A program made the position numbers and the translations under genes. DNA of 63,995 nucleotides, counting the filler, from Basidioascus undulatus (taxonomy: Eukaryota): the NCBI GenBank assembly GCA_000826855.1. It is 7 parts of 7 records of this genome, joined end to end, with 100 filler letters (N's around TTAATTAATTAA, not from the genome) between each part and the next. Parts side by side here need not be neighbours in the genome. Positions count along the whole stretch, not along the records: positions 18,524 to 27,679 come from JTLS01001293.1; positions 27,780 to 36,934 come from JTLS01001294.1; 5 more parts are not named here. The stretch is one strand, 5' to 3'. Every line of letters starts with the position of its first letter. The first letter of the stretch is position 1. Of this stretch, positions 23,882-35,951 are shown piece after piece. The notes below the pieces were generated by a model. That model ran no database searches, was not told where the DNA came from, and saw only the letters and a program-made list of their open reading frames with translations.

Positions 23882-26800
23882 TCAATCGTCGTCATCTTTC
23901 AACGCAGTCCGCGCCATGTCGCCCGCGACTCTCAGCATGTTCCCCTCGTCGTCATCAACATCCTGCTCATCCTGCGCGGCATCAGACGACCCCTCTCCTC
24001 CGTGGGCGTGCCCGTTCATGAAGAACGTCGACTCGAGGCGGGACATGTTGGCCGCCGAGAGCTCGAGCCCCAGCGGCTTGCCGACGTAGAGCCTGTGCCG
24101 CTCGGCGAACTCGAGGAAGCCTCGCCTGCAGAATTTGAAAGGAGAGAATCAAAGTCAGGAGGTAATTGGCGATGAGGCATAGACGTCTGCGACGCACCAG
24201 TATGGGTCGGTCTTCAGCAGCGAGGCATTGCCGACGACGGCGAGAAGCTCTTTCGCGCGCGTGATGGCGACGTTGAACCTTTCAGACAGACGAACAATGC
24301 GTTGAGGGCCTACACCAAGTTTCTGGAAATGAAGGGGTTCCGCACCGTTTCCGTTCAAAGAGCAACCCCATCCCCTTGCGTTGATCCTCCTCGACAAAGC
24401 GAGACCGTCTGTTCCCCGCCCCGCCAAAGAGGCATCAGCTCGCACACCAGCATGAATGAGGGCAAGCGCATAGCAAACTCACGATCGCACAGTGCTGATG
24501 ATCGTCACGCGATGCTCAGCACCTTGATAAGCCTATCGCCGCGACGCAACCAGCGTGAGGAACGATGCTGACTCCATGACAACAGGAGGAAAGCAGCGCG
24601 CCGGACGCACCTCAACGTGACCGACGTTGACCTGCCCCAGCCCCTTCTGCCGCAAAATAGAACGCAGGAGCCAGACCTGCTCTCTGAACGGGCTCATGCA
24701 CTGTCCCAACCCCAACCCCAGCCGCGCACATGAGCTTCACACTTCACACTCGTCCCGTCCGTCGAGACTTTGAGAAAGAAACAGAGACGCACCGCAATCT
24801 CGGTTGCCTTCAGTCCCAGCCCAGCATCCATGAGCTCCCTCACCATCTCGAGCACGCGCTCCGCCTCGCCCTCGTTGCGCCAGCTCGCACCCTGTTCGTT
24901 CCCATCCCATTTCACGTCCCGCATACCGTCAGTCCCTTGAAACGGTACATGACGGGGAAGGATGACAGGGTGGCATGAGCGACGAGAAGCAACTGCGCAC
25001 CTCGTCCACCCAATCCTCGTCCGTCTCGACGCACTCGAACAAGATGGGTATCCTTCTGTTCGGGAGGCGCTTCCACGCGAGGAGGGGCGTGTTCTGCACG
25101 GCGTCCTCCGCGGCGGGGACAAGGGTGTCGCTGGACGTGTCCCACCAGCCAAGCCAGGCATGTCAGCACCCATGGCGGACCTTTAAAGGCAGTGCGGAGC
25201 GGGAACGCACTTGTAGAAGAGTGAGGAGGGGAGGGAGAGGATCGCCGGGTGGCTCCGGTAGTTCTGTGCACGTAACCCAAACCCAGTCAGTCAGACCCAA
25301 TCACCTTTCCTTCCCCCTCCCGCAACACCTGCACGCAGACGCGCACCTTGACCAGGTTCGCAAACGGCTCCATCTCCTCCTCCTCCTCCTCTTCCTCCTC
25401 TTCATCGCGCCCATCAACGACGAGCCAATCCGCGTTCCTCGCCGCCGCCGCGCCCTTCTTCTCCCTCTTCTTGCTCGGTGTCGCCCGCGCGGAAGCGGGA
25501 GCGTTCAGGTTCTTGCGCGCGAGTCTGTGGCTCGCGTACAGCTCGCGCTCGAAGAGGCGCTCGAGGAGGGATACGTCGAGGTCGCCTGCGCGGCAGTCGG
25601 GGGAGGTGATGATTGGGCCCACTGTTCGACGCCATCATACCAGCGTTAGATTTCGAGGCCAGGACAGAAGGAGCCAAGGAAGGAAGAGAAAGGAAGAGTG
25701 GGAAGGGATGGAACGCACGCTGATTCGTGTCGCCGCATAGCGTAAGCTGGGGCATGACGGCGCGGTCCGGGTGCGCGGGGGGAACGTAGGGCACGACGAC
25801 CGAGAGGGGGATCATAAGTTCGGGCTCGCTCGCTTGGCCGGCCTGTCGTTTCCATCCACCAATCCCAATCCACCCCGTCAGCTTTGACCAACGGAGAGGG
25901 TGGGGCCGAAGGGGAGGGGAGGGGGAGAAGGGCACCTCGTCCACCAACAAATGCGTCCAGTGCGGGTGCAGCTCGAACTCCTCTTGCGGGTGCACGGCGC
26001 GGCGGAGCGTCCATTCCGCCTCGCCGAGGACGCTGTTGGTCAGGCGAGCCTTGACGAGGAGCGAGGCGTCCTGCATATAATGTTCAGAGTATCAATATCC
26101 GGAGTGGCCCGACACGAGAGGAAGGTGTGGGGGAGAAGGAAAGTGAGAGAGAAGGACACTGACTTGGCATGAGCAGACGACCACGCGATCTGTCTCCCTC
26201 CTCTCGCATCAACACCCCACCTCCAGCCTACATTCTCAGGAAGCGGAAAAGGCCAAACGCACATTCCAGCACCCTCCCCCACTCCGGCACCGCAAACCGA
26301 TCGTCCCGCACAAACGCATAAGTCATCAGCGTCCCGGGGACCTCCGCAAACGTGCGCGTGGGGCCATTGAGGCGGAGCATCGACCCGGGGGGCAGGTGCC
26401 GCGTGAGGCGGAGCGCGAGCGTGTCTGCTGCGGAGTTCGAGGGCGCGCAGAGGAGAACGTGCGCTGAGCGGGTGCTGGGCGAGGAGGAGGAGGAGCGGGA
26501 GGAGAGGCGAAGTATTTGGAGCACGGCTTCGACTGTGGTTTTGGTTTTGCCGGTGCCTGGTTTGCAGGGGTGAGAAGGTGTGGGGTGGGGAGAGGAGAGG
26601 GAGGAAGGGGAGGACGTACCGGGTGGGCCGGAGATGAGGAACGGCACGGGGTGAAGCGAGTGCGCGATGGAGTACACTGCGCGCTGCTCTCCCCCGACCC
26701 CCACCCCTCTCACATCAGCCTTCCTTCCCCAACCACACCTCTCTCCAAAACGCACCTTCTGCTCCTCATTTAAGCCCTCATCAACCCACTCCAGCTCCAT

Positions 26801-27679
26801 CCACTCCCTGCTGTCCTTCCCCCGCGCTCTCCGAAGCTTCCGCGCCTCCCGGAGGTGCCGCTCCTCCGGGAACAGCCACGGCGCGACGGTCCGGCGGTGC
26901 GCGTCGATGTGCGACAGCGCGTCGAGCTGGGCGGAGGAGGCGGTTTCTGTGTGTGGGGGGCGGGGTTGAGACTCGATTTCGGGGAGCAGGAGCGAAAAGG
27001 GGAAGGGATAAAGACAGGAAAGAGGGGCGGAGGGGGGGTGGAAGCGAGAGGGGAATAAGATGAAAGAGGGGGACGGACCGTTCGGAACAAACTGGATGTT
27101 CTCATGTGCGAGGTCGGAGGTGTTTGCGAGGGAGGGAACGTGCAGGATGACGTGGCCCTGGTCGCGAGTCGCCAGGTGACTGGTCATCAGTCTCCTACCG
27201 GACGCGAAGGAGGGGAAGAATTGTGGGATGAGAAGGGACGGCGACGCACCGTGACACGCCGAACGGAGACTACAACCGCCTCGAGGATGTACCCGAGCTG
27301 GGGCGCGAGCGGGCGGATCCACACGCGGTCATCGGGCTCGACGGGGGGGCAAGCTTCTCTGTTCCGGTGCGAAGTCGTTAGGGAGGAGGCCACTAGTTTT
27401 GTGATGAAAGGAGGATGGAAAAGGAAAGAACCGGGACTCCCCTGATCCCCGGCACGCTCAGCCTAAACATTGCCTCCCCGCGCTCCGTGCCCTCCCTCTC
27501 AAGGGGCACATCAAACAAGTCGTACCCGCGTAGGTCCTCCGCGCGCGCGTGGAACTCAGCGCAGACGAGCTGGGCAAAGCGGAGGTAGTGCGTGGTGGGC
27601 GCGAGGGTGGGCGGGAGCGCGAGGGGCGTGGGAGTTTGCAGAGAGAGGGAGGGCGTGGGGGCGGGGTTGAGGTTAGGGG
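23882..27679 (-). CDS. SF1 (UPF1-like) RNA helicase, MOV10/SDE3/Armitage type; 5' truncated
   Basis: PFLISGPPGTGKTKTTVEAVLQI, LLCAPSNSAADTLA, HWTHLLVDEAGQASEPE, LCGDTNQLGPII, SLLERLFER, NYRSHPAIL, SWRNEGEAERV, MSPFREQV, FNVAITRAKELL..DPYW; TGA 23882-23884. Confidence 0.9.
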
Positions 27680-27779
27680 NNNNNNNNNNNNNNNNNNNNN
27701 NNNNNNNNNNNNNNNNNNNNNNNTTAATTAATTAANNNNNNNNNNNNNNNNNNNNNNNNNNNNNNNNNNNNNNNNNNNN
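27680..27779. other. Artificial contig spacer
   Basis: 44 N + TTAATTAATTAA + 44 N. Confidence 0.99.
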
Positions 27780-28395
27780 GGTAAGTAGCCGATCTTTGGA
27801 CGCTGCTGTGTTGAAGACCATTGCTGATCGCGCTTCATGTGTGGAAATCATAGAGGGACGATAAGGAGCGCAAGCATTCTAAGTCCAAAAGGAGCTACAA
27901 GGAGTGGGACGTCAAAGAGCGGGAGGTCAAGGACAAGAGCCGTAAAAACCGGGATGACAAGGAGCGGGACGTCAAGGACAAGGGCCGTATTGAGTTGGAT
28001 GACGAGGAGGACTACTGGGGGAAGGACAAGAAGGGTGAGTTTCTGAAGCAGCAAGCTTTCGGTTCGGTTGGAACCAGCACTGACCCTGGCCGTCTTTGTT
28101 ATCTGCAGAGGTCACGGAGAAGGTGAAGAAGGTCGGTGAGAAAAAGGGTGAGCATTTTGCACAGAAACACGCATCCAAAGAGATTCAACTCTGCTGGGCT
28201 TTCCTCTTCCGTTGTGCCTTAGATGGCAAAAAGGAGAAGGACGACAAGAAGTCCTACTCAGATGACAAAAAGGATTACGGCAAGAAGAAGGAGTCCTGGG
28301 ATGACAAGAAGGACTACTCCAAGGAGCGCGACGACGAGAAGCACAAGGAGGACGAGCGTCAGGAGAAGGACGAGAAGAAGTACTGGCGGTTCTAA
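27780..28395 (+). CDS. Lys/Asp/Glu-rich repetitive hydrophilic protein, 3' part
   Basis: Spliced exons RDDKERKH..KEWDVKEREVKDK..RDDKERDVKDK | EVTEKVKKV | DGKKEKDDKKSYSDDKKDYGKKKESWDDKKDYSK..KKYWRF*. Confidence 0.7.
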
Positions 28396-29236
28396 ATAAT
28401 CACCTCATCCACCTCTATACCCCCTTGCACTTATACCCGGCTCTTCCCGTAATGCCCCTTGTAATTCGCACTCGCCTCTTATGACCCTCTCTAATACTTC
28501 CCACCTTTTTTGTTCATACCTCCTGCCCTCCGCACTCTGCACTGTGCTTCCCTTGTCTCCCCAAACCCCCAAACCTCACCCCTCTTCTCAACCATCATTG
28601 TTTAGATTCATGACCAGAGTCGTAGCCTCGAAGCCGCTCCATGACCGGAGGTTGCAACCCAAGCAGATAACACGCACATTCCAGCGCTTGCAGACCCTCC
28701 GAAGAGTTGAAGCGGGATGTCGGTGGCTTGGGGTCCGAGTCTTCCCCACGACGAGCCCCCAGAATTCGAGCCAGAACCTTGCTCGGAAGTCGCGCTGTGA
28801 AGTCCTGGAGGCGCAGGCAGACGCAGCTCGGCGAGCACAAGATCCACCGCGCCCGGCGAGCACGCCTATGTGATACATAAGATCCATTGCACTTTGGACG
28901 TACCATGTTTATGAGTATGTGCAGGTGTGGCAAAGGTGGTGATGGACTGAAAGCAAGTTGGGGCGACGCGTCCGGCACGAAATCATTACATCGCTTTTCA
29001 GCCCTTTTCATGTGGATGCGCCTCCGATCATATTTGAATCTCCGCGAGCGTGGTATGCATTATTTTTTGTCTTCAATGAGGGTGTCCGGCTTATGCAGGA
29101 AATGTGACGCGAAGTGGACTAACGGATGGGTTCCTGGTTGCCCCTTGCTCCCGGCCACCATCATCTCTCGGCCTAGGGCTTGGACTCGCACAAGGTGAGC
29201 TCAATAAACTAGAACCCCATTTCATATTTCGCCACT

Positions 29237-29950
29237 ATGTCTTCTGCTCACCCTCGCCCTCGTCTTCCGCTCGAGCTCATGACGATGATCCTGCGCCTCG
29301 CGACGAAGCCCGTCTCCTATCGCATGAAAACTCGCAACGCAACGAACGTCTCGTCCTCGTTCGCGCTCATCTCTCGCGACTTTAGTCCAGTCGGGTCTGC
29401 GCTCTTGTAAAAGCGCGTCATCATCGAGAGCCACACGGGGCTCGCGAACTCGGTCGCACGCTCTCCGCCCGGCCGACACTGGCGGGCCAGATCGAAGCTC
29501 TCTCGCTGCGCTTCTTCAAAGGCACCAAGGACGACTTCTCTGAAGTCACAGTTCTCGCTAACTTCCGGGTGCTCTTCAATGCAGTGGGTCCGACGCTCCA
29601 AAGTCTCATTTTCGAGAACTTCGGCTGGTACACAGGCTGATGCTGGCAGAGGGACGGGACCTTCTGATTCAACACTGCAGGGTCCTCGCAAAGCTCGTAT
29701 CCTCATTCTTCGTCCGTGAAAGCCTCCTCGGTGTCCGCGGCAAGCGTCCCGAGCGCTCAACGCTCAAGGGTCTCGTCTACATATCGAACGGGAACAGCAT
29801 GACCTCGCCCGCCTCGCTCAAGCGTATCTTCGCTAACTCACGCGCCGAATCTGTGCCAGCTCGTTGCTGCGCAACAGATGATGACCGACAGGCAGCCGGA
29901 CGAGTGGGGAAGCGTCGAGGTCATCAACAAGACCATCCCGACTATGCTTG
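29237..29950 (+). pseudogene. F-box-like gene, disrupted
   Basis: MSSAHPRPRLPLELMTMILRLA..FALISRDFSPVGSALL*KRVII (premature TAA where LY is typical), then frameshifted Leu-rich segments. Confidence 0.55.
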
Positions 29951-30573
29951 AGCATTCTGGGAGACTCGTTACGTTCTGGACCATGGGGCAGGCGGACGAT
30001 GGCCATCTGTGGACTCGGGTGGGTTCGCGGAAGGACGTATGAGTGGTAGCTACCGGGTTTGCGGCATGGAGCCTTGATCAGGCCTGATTGTAGCATTTGG
30101 TGATTGTACTGAAGATTCATGGGCACCAATCGCGTGAATTGTTTGAACACGCTGGTACGGGCCCCCGGCGGCACAAGCGGGCGACTTTTAGAGGATGTCT
30201 TTTCATGACGAGAGAAGGAAGTGAGGGATTCAACTGTCTGTCTTTCGGCAGAACCCTGAAACAACCATCAGTTCGTCATCGATGCATTCTTGTCCTACGG
30301 CCACTTCACGATTCGCATGGATATAACTTCAGATTCCCTTCAGAAGAACAGGGAGACAACAATTGCACAGGGGGAAAACGATCAAAGGGATGAAGATTTG
30401 TTGTCAGACGCTGACGCCAAAGAGGCAGCAGGCACGCTGGTGGTCAGACCAGTCCCAGGGAAGTCAAGAACTCTGCGCTATTCATTGTTTCACATCATGA
30501 CCGTACCCAGAGAACTAATCCCCTCCATCATCTAGCTTTGCCCTCAACCGACCCACCTCGCGCTTCACGTTCT

Positions 30574-31104
30574 TCAGCTCAGCCTCCAAGGCTCCGCCCG
30601 CTCCCGCCACCGGATCGCCAGATCCTTGTAGTAGGCCATACCTTTCCTCTCTTCCTTTTCCCTTCCATCAAGCCTATCCTGGCCCTCAGCGCGCCCTCGA
30701 GACGCATTCCGATTCCTCGGACGCTTCCTGCTGTACGACGGCGGCGTCGCAACGCGAGGGTCCAGGCGCGTCCGGGAGGGCCGTTCCCAGGATGTATGTT
30801 GGCGGTGTATGGATGATGGGGAGTCGTGCGCTCGGGGTGCTTGGCCAGGTCGACTTCCAGACGGCAGCTGTGGAAGGAGGCGCCGTTGAGTGTGCGGCAG
30901 GCCTCGATGGCGGCTGAAGCTGAATCGAGCGAAAGCAGCAGCATCTTGTGTAGGAGATTTCTCCAAGAAATGGAGGGGCTCGCGGACTGGCACTGGGCCA
31001 AACCGCGCGAGAAAAGCAACCGGGAAGTCTACAGGCGTGTCGAACCCATCAGGCAAGTTCGAACCGACCGGAATGTGTCTGATATAAAGCCTCGAAGTTG
31101 ACAT
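30574..31104 (-). pseudogene. RRM-domain RNA-binding protein, frameshifted, apparently intronless
   Basis: MSTSRLYIRHIP (RNP2)..FLARFGPV..AAFARF (RNP1), frameshift to DSASAAIEACRTLNGASFHSCRLEVDLAK. Confidence 0.55.
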
Positions 31105-32619
31105 GGAGCCGCAAGAATTTAGGTTGTGCACTGCCAGTCCTGTTTCGCAGTGTCTAAATGGCCGCAATGTGTGTTCAGCCCGCCCCCTTGAGCAGCAACC
31201 TATGTTTGATGAATCCTCAAATTGAACTTCCCGATCCAAATCTTCAAAAGTCAAAGAAAGTCCTTCAGTTCCACACACAGGCTCGCTCCATTTGTATGGG
31301 TGCACACTATCGCGCTGGGCATGTATTCTAAAACCCTCCAGCTGCTGCGTATCACAACGTAAAGTGAACGTGTAGTTGGCATTCTCTGACAAAGGATTCT
31401 GTGGTCCGCATTGACTTGTGAACACTTCGCGGGAGGTTCCAGCGCTGTTGCGCTTAAACAGTATACTTCAAGAAAAGATATAAAGGTTTCGCTCCGGTGC
31501 CCAATTCGACCTGCTTTTGTGCAGGTTTTTGCGGTAGCACTCTGTCGGCGTGTCAGAGACCGCTAATTTCATTGCTATGTGATGAGTTGAATGTTCTGAT
31601 GAGGGTAAAGAGACACATTGGCAGTGCACAATTGTGCAGATCTCACCTGGGATGGCGCCCAAAACGCAGGAGTTAGGAAAGGCAGACGATGCAGGTATCG
31701 TGTGGCCATCATTACTCATGGGCTAAATATTCCGACCAATGATGCATTTGGATGCTGTAAGGCTAAAGATATCTTGCAGGGAAAAAACACCTGGAAACAC
31801 TCAGCCTTTCTCAGATACGCACCATTGTATGAAGCGCTTCAGGCTCGGCTACATCGCAGCACTGATTCTGAACCATCATCACCACGCCCTCTGCAAACTA
31901 AGGCATTTGGTTTGGTTTTCCAGACGCATTTCCACCCCACCCATACATAACGAACAAAATGAACAGTCCAAGAACCAGCATCCCCTTCACAACCAAGCCT
32001 TCTCCTCCTCCGAGTGTCTGGAGGTCACTGTCGTTCTCGTTGCGGGCCTCTCTCCTTGGCTCGGTGTCGAACTCCGCCGTAGTCGTTATGCATGCCGGCC
32101 ATGGAAGGCGCGTCTTGGACGGCGTCGCAGTTGGCGAGGCACCGGTCGCCGTGAAGCTCTCGGAGAGCAGGAACGTCTGACAGCTGCACTGCCCCGGCCC
32201 GTATGATAGGTGTACGGGCCGGGGCAGTGCACCTCGTCCGCTGCTGAGAGGTTTGACGTGTAGGCGTAGGTTATGTTCCTATGCACCTCGTACCTGCAAA
32301 ACGCTTGAAGTCAGTACCGCTCAACAACTCCATCGGAAGAGGGTGTTCAACCATGAACCTGGTCCGGGAAGAACAGGAATGACGCGACACCGCTGGGGAA
32401 GTTCTGGCACAGCGTCGGGTTCCGCACGTCTGCAGTCCGAATTCTAAGCGGAGGCGTGAGACCATCAGGATAATTGGCAGGGTCGTGGCCGGTCCACCCG
32501 ACACGCTCGGCCTCATGCCGGCGCGAGGGCAGCTGCGACTGGGAGAACAAGTGGACAAGCGTCCAGGCGCACTCGGTGCACACCACCACACCCGAGCGTG
32601 GGGGTCGACGGTTCAGGTT

Positions 32620-33100
32620 GTTAGGCGTTAAGAGCTCTGCAGGCGACGCCGCTAGTGGGCAACAGGAGGGATAGAGTACAGGAGCGAGAAGGGGCCAGGC
32701 CAGCACCAAAACCACGTGGGCGAAAGCTTTACACCACAGGAGAAGACTAGACTATGTAGGGATGAGACAGTGTTCGGATGCTTGACGGTGCGGAGGATGG
32801 GACTGGCGGTGTGGGGTGCAGCGTTGAGGAGGCGATCGAAGACTTTGATGCCAGGGATGGCGTAGTCGTTGCCGAGGGTAATTGGGGTGTCGGGGAGCAC
32901 GGAGGCGATGGCTGTGTTGACGCAGGTGGTGTGGGTGCGGCGGAAGGGGCGACCACAGAGGCAGGTCCGGCCTTGGGCCGTCTTGCCTCTACGCCAGCGG
33001 AGCGCAATGGTGAGGTGGGACGGGTTAGACTTGATGTGCATCTCACCATTGTGTGTAGGCATGGGTATACTATTGACCAAAATGCTGTGGGTGGGAGGGT
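32620..33100 (-). mobile_element. Dispersed repeat copy A, probable 3' relic of a non-LTR retrotransposon
   Basis: 32620-32974 closely matches 59319-59669 in inverted orientation; translates LTIALRWRRGKTAQGRTCLCGRPFRRTHTTC..FDRLLN (CCHC-like knuckle). Confidence 0.5.
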
Positions 33101-34886
33101 GGTTCGACCAACGAGCGTTGTGTGAGGAGGGAAAGAAGTGCGAATGGAAGAGGGTTGAGCATGTCGAGGTATCGAATCTTGGGAGGTGAGAGGAAGTATC
33201 AAGAGTGCGTGCATCAAATCAAGGTCGCTACCTACCAGCCACGCACGCGCCTGCGTTGCCATGCGGACGTTGGACATTTACCTATGGAGCAGCATGACGT
33301 CGCACATGGCCTGAGTGTCGGCACCAATTCACACCGACATTCCACATATTTGGCGTTCTTTAAGGACACCTTGGTGGGGTGGCCAAGGGAAGCTGTGCGG
33401 TTGTGCAACTCTCGAGCCTCGAGCCTTGTGTGCACTATGCTTTCATCATTAGGCGCGGAGGGACGGGGAGGGACTCCCTTGAGCCAGTGCTGGGAAAGCA
33501 GGAAACACCCTTGTTTTTCTTCGGTATTCTTCCCCAAAATAATTTAGTCCATAGTGCGAAGAAGTCTCAATGAGCGCCGTTTTGTTGCGGCGAGCAAAGT
33601 GATGCTGCTGGAGGCATCCACGGCGCATTGACTCTGCTTGGGCCGCTGCTGGGAGGACCGAAGTTGAGCTCTGAAGGAAAACAAATTAGGTGTATTGGCG
33701 TTGAATTGGGGGTTCGCCAGTTGTGGTAGACTCGACACCCGCCTAGCGCTGGCGCCGTACCGAGGTCCCCACGCTCACAGCCTGTAGAGGTCGGGGCGTC
33801 AACGTGGTCGCTCGCGGGCCAGCAGAGTAGGGACTTGTCTCGAGCAAACCTGGATCTATACCACTAGTATCCCTATGAGGATGCAAGGATACCAGTAGCG
33901 CGATGATGGTACCTCGTGAAGTCGGTGACTGAAGACATCTATTGCCAGAACCCGACTGCAAACGCCTGTCGAAGATTGTCCCTGCCGAATGCAATAGCCA
34001 CATGTACACTGAAGCTTTTGCCTGGTAAACTTTTAAATGAGCACCTTCAAGCGAAATACTATTGGCACAGGGTCCTTTGCCCCGTGAAGGTGATTGGACA
34101 GATCCTTTCTCTCAAATTCGATGGGCGGATGCGCCTCTGTCCCTTCAAGTGCAGTGCGGACCGTCATGGACTGAAAAGGTCAATAAATCCACCCATAAAC
34201 ATAAATTCCCCAGTATCAGTTTTAAACTGCTCTCAGCCGGGCGTTTGCACTGACAGGCCTGGGTACACGATTGTTACAGGGCTGAGAGGCGGTATATATG
34301 GGTGGAAACGCAGCTAGAAAATTGCGAAACTGCAGGAATGCTTCGGAATTTCTAATATAAATTTTGTAAGGTTTGACTGTTTGTAAGTTCGGTACATGGC
34401 GCTGCCAGTCACTCGCTGTGCGCGATGAAACTCCCCCCGCCTCGCGCTGGCAGATAGCTCCTTGGGCTTCCGGTATGGGAAGAAGAAATAGTTGCTGTTA
34501 TATGATGTGTACCAGTTTATGTTTACCGATGTAAAGGCTGAGGACATCCTTGTAGTCTTTCGCATGAAAATGGGGGGGGGGAGTCTAACGCAGCCGTGCC
34601 GGCGCACGCCGTTAAGTTAAGCGACCTTGCAGTTATTCGCGGCGGATCGGTCGACATTTATGATAAAACAACCCTCTAAATCATCGGGGGCAAAGATGGT
34701 TGAAGAAACAATGCGTTGTCTGTTCGCAAGGCTTGCAACGACTGTAAATCTCAGCGGGGATTCCTCGCCGGCTGATGACGCACGTTTCTTGCTGCTCGGC
34801 TTCTTGCCTCTCCCTTGCCCTCACCTTCCACACGTCCACACTTCCACTTCCGCTACCTTCCCCTTCAACCCGCTCGACAACTCCCC

Positions 34887-35422
34887 ATGGCGCCCATCCA
34901 AAAGACGCAAGACTTTCTCGGGTTCGCCTACGCAGGCCTGCTCCTGATCGGCGGGCTGATCGGGTACCTCAAGTCCCAGAGCGGGGCGTCGCTCATGTGC
35001 GTCCTCCTCTCCTCCTCCCTCCCCTCCCCAGCTGATGGAGGATGGTGTGTGGGGGGGTGGGAATAGCGCCGGCAGCGTGACCGGTGTGCTCATGGCGCTC
35101 GGCGCGGCGCGCACGAGCGCCAACCTGCGGCAGGTGGATCTGGCGCTCACGGTGAGCGTGTTACTTGCCGGGGTGATGGGACGGCGCTGGGTAAGGACGG
35201 GTAAGTTCATGCCCCCTGGATTGGGTGAGTCGCTCTCTGTCTCTCTTACGACGCTGGGGACGGGCGCTGATCAGGTGGGAGGACGGGTTGGACAGTCACG
35301 GTGCGTTCGGGAGTGTGGAGAAGTGCGGGTGAGGGGAAGGAAGGAGACGCTGAGCGGGTGCAAGGGGAGGGTAGATTGCCAGTGTTGCGATGGCGGTGCG
35401 GTATGCAAGGAGGCTGCTGTGA
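34887..35422 (+). CDS. TMEM14: TMEM14-family small membrane protein, complete, 4 exons
   Basis: DFLGFAYAGLLLIGGLIGYLKSQSGASLI|AGSVTGVLMALGA..LLAGVMGRRWVRTGKFMPPGL|VT|IASVAMAVRYARRLL*; 5-nt micro-exon 35296-35300. Confidence 0.9.
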
Positions 35423-35951
35423 GGGGGAGCAGCGGCTGGAGCGGGCCTGGGGCAGCGGGGGGTGGTGGGAGGAAGGAGGGGAGGAAGGAGGGGTTGCTTG
35501 CTGTGAGGGACTTGCGTGCGCCTTGCATGGGTGCACGGGATTCATTCATAAACTTTGATACGCGTCGTTTGGAGGGCTCGCTGTGCATCGATAGGTTTGG
35601 GTGCGGCTTGACGATGAGCTGGAGCTGGAGACGAGGAAGACTGCTGGCCCCAAGGAATGTGTGATAAACACATCATGAATTGCACTTACTAATGTATGAA
35701 AAGGTTGAGCTTTGCTACCGCACAGTCTGCAAGCTGATGTGTATTTGACGGTTCTCGTGTGGCTTGACGCGTTCCTTTGGGTTTACGTAAGCTGGCTTGT
35801 GGGCTCATCTCCGCGTGCGCGCGTACTTTCCTGCCCCCTCGCGCCCTCTTCGCTCCGCCCGCCATCAAGACCCTCACCGCCCAGTCCCATTCCACCTGCA
35901 TCCATCCCTCCATCCTCCCCGACAACGCGACCCCCCGACATCCATCCAGCG

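Noticed and set aside
15889..27679. RNase H-like gene + RING protein + MOV10 helicase as an anti-retroelement cluster
   Set aside because: The RNase H gene is separated from the others by an artificial spacer; they are on different, unlinked contigs
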